Shown here piece after piece: positions 40,700 through 52,900 of a stretch of 64,000 nucleotides of DNA; position 1 is the first letter of the stretch; the number at the start of each line of letters is the position of its first letter. The position numbers were made by a program, and so were the translations under genes. The DNA is from Pecten maximus (lineage: Eukaryota), in the NCBI RefSeq assembly GCF_902652985.1, contig NC_047022.1:17112001-17176000 (forward strand), written 5' to 3'. A model generated the notes under the pieces. The model worked only from the letters and a program-made list of their open reading frames with translations, had not been told where the DNA came from and made no database searches.

Positions 40700-43600
40700 C
40701 CCTCTGTACAAAACAAACAACCATTTATCGGACAAGAAGAAACATGTTTTGTTGACAAATAAGGAGATATTTGCTTTCGGTGGGGGCGGGGATGGGGCCA
40801 TATTTGATATGATTCAACATAGATCGATAAGGTAATGGTTAACCTAATGTAGCAGGGCTTTATTACATACTTTATATAAGTATCTGGGCAATTTGTGTTG
40901 TTAAGCGGTCATACGTGGTGAGTCTTGACCAATATTTTATCATAAATGACCACGACAGTACCATACGCACGTTCGATCGTGCTATTGCTGCGGCACTTAA
41001 CCCCTTTAGTTGAGTTTTTATTTGGTATTACTATAATTGTTAATAACCCTCTTACACAGATTTAATCGAGGGTAATAAAACATTATTTGTAGGAATTTTG
41101 TTTATCATTAATAGCCCAGTTACATACGCTTTCAGTGCTTGAATTGATAAAGCTCTTTAGTGGGGTTATTTTGTATCATTATTTAGTACAAAAGCCTTGT
41201 AGCTCAATTTGTTTGTACTATGGCGGATAACAAATAAATCTTGTTATTTGGAATCAATTATAAATTACAACAAATGCTTTTGTTTATAACTGATACCATA
41301 TAACCTCGTTAGTTGGGGTTATTTTACATAATTATTTACAGTTACCTCGTTTTTACAAATAAAATTCCTTTGTTGGAATAATTTGCATCTTTAATAACTA
41401 TATTAATTTTGTTACTCGGGTCAGTTGAGACGTTTTGTAATCATCGATCACAAATAAACATCATGACCATTTTATTATCTACTGTCTTTTTAACTACAAT
41501 CACATTTCGAAGCATCGGATGTTTAGTCAAGCGTTTTTATGACGGGGTAATCCAGGTCAGGCGAACGTTTTATCATGGGTCTATTATTAAAGGTCAACAT
41601 GGCCGATACCAGATACATGCCTACAACACCCCATAAATTACCTCGGGTGTAATAAATTAAGTCAACAAACTTAAATGATAATCTACGTCACGATTTAAAG
41701 GGACGTAATACAACTATTTGTGTGTATCATAGGGGGCTGAGGAATGCATGGAATCTTATGATTCGGGTAGAACTATATATGTTATGAAGTAGAAATATCT
41801 TAAAACAGTGATATAAAAAGAAAGAATGGACGTGGATCATATGTTTTAACCGTCAAGATGTCAACAAAAATCTTATTGACTCTTGATCGAATCTTCTTTA
41901 AAACAAATAAAACCGTAAACATCATTAGTTGACTGGGATTTTTTATTTTCCAATATGGTACTTATCGTTCAAACATAACCAATGCTACTTTAAGAAACCT
42001 TTGACACGAGTTCTACTTCAAAAGCATTACACTAATGACACACACGGACATGCCATCTAATCAAATAAAAGATGAAATATATGCCAAATAATGCTTATAA
42101 ATACAAACTTCTAGGATACGTTTCATATAATATCAAATGAAATAAAAATTGACTTAAAATCTTATATTCATTAAATGAATAATACTTTGTAATTTGTTTT
42201 ATATTTAATTATGAAAAAAACCTATTAATTTGAAATTTTCGGCTAGCAATGTGCATATTTTTAGTTTAAACCATAGACTTCGTTGTAAAAACACTCATTC
42301 TGATGGTATGTGAAAATCTTATAGTGTTGCGCAAATTACTTCAACCTTTGTTTATGTAATTTTTCTCCGGACTCCGCTTCCCTTCTTACCTCCGTCTTTT
42401 ATACTCAAGTATCACTGACTAGAATGACTAATCAGTTGTATTATTAGTTTGATTGAATTTTTACTCTATTTAACTCTCAACGTGTATTGGAATACACCAG
42501 CATCTTGTTTGTCTTTCGTAAATCCACCGGGGTATATTACACTACTGACATATGCAAAAAATATAAAATTGACGAATCCACACACAGGATACAGGATGTT
42601 TTCGTAATAAAAGCTGATAAGTTTGAAATTTAATAATATCTTCCATACGTATTAGTTCTGAGGACAGTGATTCATCATACTTTCAACAAAGACAACAAAC
42701 AAACAAGTACAAATGAGGAAAAGAATAAAAAGCAAAGTTAGTTTATATATAATTCATTGTGACAAATCATTATCAAAAGTAAAGCTTCCCCCGTCAAATC
42801 CGCTTAAAATGTATCAGAGAGGTAGCAAACCCCCCAAAAATAGACATAATCTGCTTTTAATGCGAGTCAAACGTAATATAGGACAACGGTGATGTTATAT
42901 TGTTAATGTTTCACCATACTTGTCAGAATGGTTTCCCCTATGTTCTAAACATGGTTTCTGTTTTCAAAAGTTAAATGCTACTAAACGAGGAAATGTATAA
43001 GGTTCTTGATAATACTAAAGTTATAAAAAAAGTTATAAACAGAGAATGCCGGAAGTTTCACAGCGTTGATATCTAAATAATATATCTACCTACTGGATAC
43101 ACCAATTGTATTGAATAATTGAATATATCCCTCTGCTCTGATTTATAAATGTGTTGATTAACAACGACCGTTATACATTCGCCGTTTTCACAAACAATTA
43201 ACAATTGTCACATATAATACATGAGAACTATTTAAATAACACAAGGGAAATAACTCCTATATATTTTGTTTTGTTTTGATACACACATTTATTGTACATG
43301 GTAAATACATAGTTTTGAATTCATCGAACACTGGGAATTCTAGCAGTTAATTTTCCATAGACAGTCACGGGCGAGATATAATCCCAATCAAATGATTCTT
43401 GTCATGCCTCTCTAGATTAAAACAGATAAACAGTATTCCACATGTCATGAAAACAAAATATCACATATTTTGGTGGGAAAAAAACTGCAACAGCAACAAG
43501 GATAATGTAGGGTATAATTAGATACAACGCATATCAATTTAGTAAATAAAATGGGAGACTGTTCTGAATCATTTACAATCCAAACTGCCTGTCATACCAA

Positions 43601-44605
43601 TGCATCAAATGAAACTCGTTGTAGACAATTATACCTAATCAATAATTGTTCAATGTCAGCGTGCTAAGAGTGATTGTTTTAAAAGACCGAAAGTTACGTT
43701 ACACATAAAGAGGCGGTGTTCAATGGAACTTCGGGATGCAATTAATTATTTGTTAACATTGAATAAAAAAAAAAAGAAGCTCAAAAGCTCAGAATGTGGT
43801 AAAAGCATTATTATAACTGAAGATTTGTTTGAAATAAGGATAGAATCTTTAAGAAAGCATATTGGTATTAATGATACAGGCTGATACTTTTTTTCAAGAA
43901 AAAAATAATATTCAATTTGGGTTCGGAGAGGTAGTGATAAGAACATCTCTAGGGTGTGTCCTCAATTACATCTTGATGAACATGATAAATGGACCGATAA
44001 GTTTTTGTTTCTGGCCATATCTGATTTCGTAAACAGTATTAAGATGATAATTCTGCCTTGTGAAAACATAACTTAATAGTTTGTTTCGTGTTTTTACTAT
44101 TTTACCAAAGATTGGCAGTCTGATTAATTCATAAAATATATATTTCATTTTTTTCCCTGTATAAGCGATATCATTGATAAATAAGTCGCTGATTTCCATA
44201 AGATATGACTGGGGTCAAATTGTAAGATTGGATACATCCAAGTACTAATTGTACATGTCTGCTTCATTAAACTTTTTCCGTTGTAGTTCATCTCATGTGC
44301 TGTACTAAATTGGCCCTATGTCTTCATGATTGTGGGTCTTTAGGATATGTCTTATTCTAGAGTTTCTAACTAAGGGGAGATAAGCTAATATTAGAATCTT
44401 CTTGAGCAATCCTTGATAAAAAAAACTACATACACAAATAGCATCGCATTAAAAATCCATAAACGCGATATTCACTGTATTACTGTTGGAATGAAACATT
44501 TAGAGTGCTGACAGTACTCGTTATACGGTCGAGAGAAAAAAATTCAAATTGACATTAAAATGTCATTTCAAATGTGATTTTGCAGCGTTTTCAAGAACAC
44601 ATTAT

Positions 44606-47600
44606 TTACATGCTAAACGGCGTGTTGTTGTTGAACGCTTGTTCTACCCTTTCTGCCAAGCCTTTTTGGTCAATTTCCGTTAATGCACTTTTCAAAGTTT
44701 CAAGTCGTTTGTAAGGATCGATACTTTCGTTGTCCAGCCAGTGTAAAAGAAGCCTTAGTTTTAACTGATTTCCGTCTTGCGGGTTTGGAAAGATGCCAGC
44801 CAAGCGATCAGCCGTCACCATTGGTATCCCTAAAAGTGTTGCTAATGAGACGTACTCATTGTTGGGTATTTGTCTTGCAAGGAGAGTCATGCTTCTCTCT
44901 GAGAACACCTCTGCAATAATCAAAAATGCATTAGTTATTTAGAATTGAGGCAAGTAATAAGGTCTTATATAACCTGTCTGTCTACGATTTATATTTCCCA
45001 ATATTACCTGCTGAAAGACTCTTTTGAAATGAAAAAAGCCGAAAACATATAATCATTTCATGGAGTGAAACTTATTTGTAGAAATATCGTCTGCCGTGTG
45101 ACAGGTGGACAGTACAGATCAAGATATTCCTATGGGAGCTGAATGCATCAGATATTTGTTAAGAGAAGCGCAATTATGTTTGATCAGTATTGTTTAATGA
45201 TTACCATGTATTGTACAGTAAACCAAATTAGTATCACAGGTAGGCTAGATTAGGCAGATCTACATCCTCTAGTTTCACACATGTATTTATGATATATCAG
45301 AATAAATAATTTGTTTTGTCAATGCCATTTTTGCAAAGTCGCCGGAGTTAAAAAGACATTTAATCGATATTATGCTAATGTTCAAATTTTCATCTTCTTT
45401 GGCGTTCAGTGAGAAATTGAAATTTTAAGAATAGTTCTATAGAAAAAAGAATAGAAATGCTGCTGCATTAAAGGGGTATCTAAACAGCAGATCCAGTCAA
45501 AACTGTGATATTTTACAGGCCTATAAATTCCTACTATGGTGCAATTTAACAGAAGTAACATGGTTAACGTTTATTATATGTCTTGGCAAACCGGAGGACT
45601 TGCTGTTGACATGTAATTTGTTAAAATGTTTGTAAATGTCACCAATACATCAGACAAATGCATGTTTCAGGGGAACATAATTAACTCATTAAATTGCATA
45701 AATTGCACAAAATAGCCATGTCGTTTTGCTCAATAGTGTCTAAAGCACAAAACAAGAGCATAGGTTTTTACCAGATTTGACTTTATAATATGAATAAACA
45801 CTGTGTATTTTGACCTTGAAATGCAAATGGTGGTTGTGAATAATATCAAACAAATGTGGAATATAAAGAGGTGTTTTAAACATAAAAAATGTTCCTATTT
45901 GACACTATAAAAACCCTAGACATGGCAAGAAGATTGCTTTCAGAAAGAAATGTTTAACTGCTGAATTTGGGGTAAAATATGTCTATTTCAGAAAGAGGCC
46001 ACAAACTCAACTGTTTAACAATCTGATTTAAAACAAAATCCTTTTTACTATGATCAGAAGTCATAGGAGCATTTTCATTTGATTGAAATGCTTCTCTTTT
46101 TGCCATGTTTGTGTACTATTATTCACAACCACCATTCGCATTTCAAGGCTAAAACAAAAGAAGTGTTTTATACGTACATAAAGTAAAGTCCGGTCAAACA
46201 AATGCTCTAACCCTGTGCTATAGAACTTGTGAGCATAACAGCTTGGCTATTTTTCAGGTTTGGTCGTTTTTGTGACTCAGAAATACTCCATGCTATATCT
46301 TACCAAAAAATAGCTCTGTAGAAGAAACCGATAACATCCACACCAAATGTTTGGTGATTGTAAGAAACTGAATGTCCAAACAAATATGTTGGTATATTAC
46401 ATGACTATTTTTTGCATTTTTTCATATATCTATTCGTGTTTGAAATTTACCATTATTTTGCCGTATAGATGGCCGTTAAGAAAGCTTTTACTCAATGTAT
46501 GTAGTAATCTATTGAATTTCATTATAGGAGAGTTAAAGAAAAACAATGTTTTTCATACATTTATGAGCTGGTCGAAGACTACTTAATGATATTAATCTTC
46601 GTAAAAGAAAGCCTCTATAATTAGCGTTAATTGATAATTGTTTTGTTTCTATGAATGACCATTAGTAGAACAGTAGAACATAGATTACCCGCACCTGGCG
46701 AAACTCTGGGTCTGATTTCTGGGATAGGTTCATATTTCGGTTTGTGTTCATTTCGCGGTTGATTTCTAGATGACGATGTTTGTGGCAAAGATTTTTTGAT
46801 ATCTTCCATATTGATACAGACTACGAAGTCTTTATCTTCGAAGCTGTCGTATGGTACTGTCTCAGGTCCGACTGCGCCCAAGCTAGACAGTTCTTGATTG
46901 TAAGCAGTTGTTTGTAATCCTGGGGTTCTATTTAATGTAGCCTGGGAAGATGATAATGGACTGCCAGGGTTGTTTCTCTTCCGCAATTCTTTCAATGCAT
47001 GGAATACTGCATTGTGAAGACGCCGTCGGTTCCGACCACTGTCTAGGTCGTATTCCAGGGTAGCAAAATCTCCAATTCCAAATCCCGCGTTTCTCTCTAC
47101 ATGGAATGAGAGTGAGTTATCGTGATTGTTACGGTCAAAGATGATGAAACGACTCACTGGGGTGACGGATTTAAGAAACTTTATTGCCGTATTATTAGCC
47201 AACGAAACCCTCACCCTGTTCATGTTCTTTAAACGTATTGTCGGGGATGTACATGTAGGCAGTAAATCCATGCCCATTTCATTCGTTCGTTCCTTTTCCT
47301 TTTGTGATCTTTCATCCTGATTCACTATTTCTGAGCGTAAAAATAATATCTCATTTGCTTCTCTTTTAGTAAAAAGTAAAATGTTACACCTTGGGTCGTC
47401 GAGGTCGTAAACATATTTTACTGCGGCAATCGCATCTAATTGATGGACATTCGGTCTGTGTCTTACACAAATTACTCTGAAAGATAGAATAATTATTAAT
47501 TATTGAAAACATTCTATCAGTATGAATGGGCTCAAAAGTACAACAATATGAAGAATATGTACATTAAACTAATTTAGCACAGGTATTGCAATGAAAGATG

Positions 47601-49937
47601 AAACATGAAAATAGTAATCACTGAAATACTATCATCTATGTTTTTTCTATTTTTTTTATCAATGTCAGTTTTTAGGGTACCGTTTTGTTTCGTTGGGCTT
47701 GACTTCGTTTCGTTTCGTTTGAATCGTTTTGTTTCGTTTTGCTTTCGTTAAGCACTTTACAGGTACCCCGGTTTTCAGGTAAATATATTATTTTGGCGAA
47801 AATTAGCTTCAACTCGGACGGTATTTTCCCGAATCGGATCAAGCCACTATTACACATGTCTACCCATGTGCACGGCAGTACTCGAAGGACACCCCTCTAT
47901 GTATCTTCGGTACGTTTGGTTAGACAAATCAAAAGTAAACAGTGAGAAACCAAATCTATACATGTAGGAGTAATTGCCTACATAAAAATACTGCACCCAC
48001 TTTTTTATCTTCACATCAGCCAATATTGTCATTTTTAAGTTTCATTACTGAGTGTATATATTGTAGAAATTTTTACTGTGCATATTGAAGGATGTCAAAT
48101 AATTTCATTGACGAATAAAATACTCACGGACAGAAGTGATCAGTGGTAATTTCGAAAAGAGTTGGTTCAATTTCCTTGACGGTCGCTGTTTCCAGTTCAC
48201 GTACTTCATCGTCCTCGAAATACAGGACAAGTAGTGTAGCTATTTCGCTGGCTTCGAGCATATGGTCTAACGGTTGTATAGACACTGTCAGGTGTACTGG
48301 AACTAGGAACTGTCGGTCATGGAACACGTTCACCATGTCAGAGATTCCAAGTATTCCGTGATTTTCTCCCAGCGTTTGTTTCACTCTCTGTTGTATTTGA
48401 ATACCATCAAGGGAGGTAACCTATGTACAAAGTGATAAGAAAATATTAAAATTTTCAGACTCAGAAGCATTTGGATTGTAGGTGACAAAGATACAATGCA
48501 AAGAAATACCAGTAAATATGAGTTATGTCTTTTTGTCTTTTTGAATTCACTGTGTAATATAGGAGCTTGAAATAACAGGCGTTCTTCCTTTGTTTCTATT
48601 TTAGGGTACGAGGTAATTGAATAAAAAGGTGAAATATAAACCTTACGCGCATTTGAACATTTCGTCAATACCTGTAGGGCAAAATGACAAAAATCTAAGA
48701 CATGTTACAGTAAAAACTACACATTTTATGCTATCATCACCCTCAAAAACGTTTTTTTCCACCTACACATTTTACTCTATTATCACCCTCTTAAAATAAG
48801 CGGGCTGAAGTTAGCAGCGGATTCGTTATTCGTTATTGGGGATTCGAATAACGAATCCGCTGCCAGCAGCGGATTGGGGATTCAGTTTTTTATGTTTAAA
48901 TGATGTTTCTTTTTATTGACGTTTTGACGATTGGATTGAAATAACAAATCCGTTTCAGCCGTGGATTAGAGATTCAGTTACATATAAGTATTTTTCTTAT
49001 TATATGCGATTGGGGATATCGAATAACGAACCCGCTGCCAGCAGCGGATTGGGGATTCGAATAACGAATCCGCTGCCAGCAGCGGATTGGGGATTCGAAT
49101 AACGAATCCGCTGCCAGCAGCAGATTGGGGATTCAGGTTTTTTTTATGTTTAAATGATCTTTCTTTAAGTTGACATTTTAATGTTTGGATTTAAATAACG
49201 AATCCGCTGCAACAGTGGATTGGGGATTCAGTTACATATAAGTATTTTTTTCTTATTATATGTGATTGGGGATTCAAATAACGAATCCGCTTGATAAACT
49301 ATGATTGGAGATTCGATTTTACATTTTTATTTTGTGATTCGAATAGCAAATTTGTTGCCAATAGCGTATTGTGGATTCAGTTTATGATGTTTAATTGACG
49401 TATTTTATCATAAATTACGAAAATGGTAATTTGCGGGTATTACAATGATATAATTACTTGGTAATTCAATCAACAATAATGGAATTCTAGTTCAAATCTG
49501 CTGCCAAGAGTTTCTTTCTTGTGGGAGGTTTATCGTCTCTTTACAAGTAGACAAAGTTCTATGTTTCTTCGCCAGCACTCTATGTTATATATTGTAATAT
49601 ATAAAGACCAGAGTATCATTTCGATATAGCTGAAGGTTTGATTGGAATGCAAACATGTATACGGAATCTAAAATTATATCAGTAAAATAATCTTGGTTAT
49701 TATATTTATGCTACAAATAGGATAATATTGTTAAACTATTCTGCTGTTGTTCGAATCTCCAATCATATATTAAAAGGAAAAATATCAATTGAACATGTAT
49801 GTAACTGAAACCCCAAATCATATTTTATAAGAACTAGAAATGTCTGTAAGACATAAATGGTCCCGTCTTCACATGAAATTAGTTATCGATACTTGGATAA
49901 TGTTTGTATTTTAACCAATAAGGGGCCAGAATTTTTT

Positions 49938-49968
<31 letters not shown>

Positions 49969-52900
49969 ACAAAAATAAATAATGCCATTGTCTTTGTATA
50001 GCCAGACTGCATATTATACCAAATTTCATAAAAGTCGAACGATATTTAAGTATCGACCAATCAGAAATCTCTATTTGGCGGCCATCTTGAATCGTTGTTC
50101 TGTTTTTTTTTTTTTTTTTTAATTGTTTATAATGCGTGCTGTCATGGTATCATTTCTCCCATCAATATCCATAATCAGATAGAACAAACGCTATTACAGG
50201 ATATGTTTTAATAAAGTTTAATATTGAAGCGGGACGGGACGGGACGGACACGCGAACACTATTTATTAGATTTTTACCTGTGAAATATTGAGAATTATTC
50301 ATTCTATCAAAATGATATTTTGAAAAATATCACTTTTTCTGATTTGACCAATCAGAACACTGCTTAAAAACGACAATGCGGAAAGTAAAGATTTGAAATT
50401 ATAGGATGTATAATGTAAGATAGAATATAGGCCATATAACGTCACAATTTTGCGTACATTTGTAAGCCACTGACAAGGGACTACAATGGATTCTGGGAGA
50501 GATTGAGCTGTCTCGGTATATTTTACTATGGAATCTAATGAACAGAATATTTAACAGTATCTTCAGTAATACCAAATATATTTCATTCGTGTTGCTAATT
50601 TTTTTTTTTTTAAATATCAAATAATTAGCCACATTCATAAAATATAGTTGGTATTACTGAAGACACTCCTCTATACCACCATCCCCCACCATTTCATGGC
50701 GGGGGTATAAAAATAGCAATTAGGCTTAAGAAACTGAATCCCCAATCCGCTGCTGGCAGCGGGTTCGTTATTCGATATCCCCAATCCGCTGCTGGCAGCG
50801 GGTTCGTTATTCGATATCCCCAATCCCATATAATAAGAAAAATACTTATATGTAACTGAATCGCTAATCCACGGCTGAAACGGATTTGTTATTTCAATCC
50901 AATCGTCAAAACGTCAATAAAAAGAAACATAATTTAAACATAAAAAACTGAATCCCCAATCCGCTGCTGGCAGCGGATTCGTTATTCGAATCCCCAATCC
51001 GCTGCTGGCAGCGGGTTCGTTATTCGATATCCCCAATCATATATAATAAGAAAAATACTTATATGTAACTGAATCTCTAATCCACGGCTGAAACGGATTT
51101 GTTATTTCAATCCAATCGTCAAAACGTCAATAAAAAGAAACATCATTTAAACATAAAAAACCGAATCCCCAATCCGCTGCTGGCAGCGGGTTCGTTATTC
51201 GATATCCCCAATCACATATAATAAGAAAAATACTTATATGTAACTGAATCTCTAATCCACGGCTGAACCGGATTTGTTATTTGAATCCAATCGTCAAAAC
51301 GTCAATAAAAAGAAACATCATTTAAACATAAAAGAAACTGAATCCCCAATCCGCTGCTGGCAGCGGATTCGTTATTCGAATCACCAATCCGCTGCTGGCA
51401 GCGGGTTCGTTATTCGAATCACCAATCCGCTGCTGGCAGCGGATTCGTTATTCGAATCCCCAATAACGAATAACGAATCCGCTGCTAACTTCAGCCCGCT
51501 CTTAAAATATTTGTTTTTCGTTCCCCTCCCACACGTTTTGTATGTAACTTTCAGTATCACATGCGATCAGTATAAAGACAAAGTGATTATTTCTTTCACT
51601 TGCTGTATTAAAAACATTTCTTTTGATGTTCCTTTCTTTTAAAATGATTAATGAATATTGGAATAATAACATATACCAACCTCGATAGTGACCTGCATGG
51701 TACTCTCCACAGAATCGGGTGGGAATTCAATTTTCATCCTCTCATTTTCTGGATCAAGATTCTCTACACAACCTGCTCGAGTAACTTCAACAGTCTGTAC
51801 TTCAATTTGAGACGTTATGAATACAGCGTCAATATCGAGTTGATCTGTTTCAATACTCACAGTAATTTCCCCTGCCTGGATTAAAGAATAAGAACAGAAA
51901 ATAATCAGCATTTTCAATTATCCATCAATCATTTGTTCAAAAACTATATACACACTCTTTACGTCACAAGTACCAGAAAAATAATACATTACTTTCTTCC
52001 GTGGCTCTTACAACATCGGGCACAATCTGGATAGAGATATTGGGTCGTTAGCAGTTTTTGACTTTGGAAAAATACACCAAAAAGTCGAAATTAATCTTTC
52101 ATTAAAGTTAGTTTTAGTTTTTAAAATTAGTTTTCTTGTTTTTGCCCTTTTATCTTAAATATAAGTGAAACGATCGCTATAATCATACACTCATAAATAA
52201 GATGAAATTTTTCATTCGACATGAGGTTCGTGATATTTCAATTATAAGACTCAATTTATAATGAAAATACAGTCGAACCTTGTTATCGCAAAGCCAATGA
52301 GTTCATTGAAAATCCCGAAAATTCGATGTAATCGAATATATTCCATGTAAACTGTTTGCTCTAGCAACTGCATTTCGTTCGTTCGTTTTCCTCGATAGCG
52401 AGGTTTTACCTAGCCCGAGTTTCGCCTTGCCCTGACACCATGCCTGGTGTAGGGCAAGAGCGCACTACTATATGAAAACGTAGAATTCTCCAACACCGTT
52501 TAGTGTCGCTAAGATTTTGGTGCAAAGATAATAAGATCGGGGGTGACATAACACCTACTTACATATATGAATAAACGAGATATTTATTGACCCAAAAACA
52601 CATATTCAGTCCAATGTCGGTGTTCTATTCCGTTCGTATAGACTCTCGCTTTACGCTGGTAAAAAAAAACACTTGACTTGAAGCTATATTGCCCTATGAG
52701 TGCGCGATGGAGCGAAACGAACAATCTTTTTCGGATGAAGTTTACCGCTTATAATTTAAATATTAAATGTTACAGGTTTTTGAGAAAAAAAAGCTTAGTT
52801 TTCTTGATTTAAACCATGTAAGAATAAAACCACAATAGATGATAGTGTGTCTTTTTGGTCCATTGCGTTCCAATTCTGGTGATTAATTGCACCATCACTT

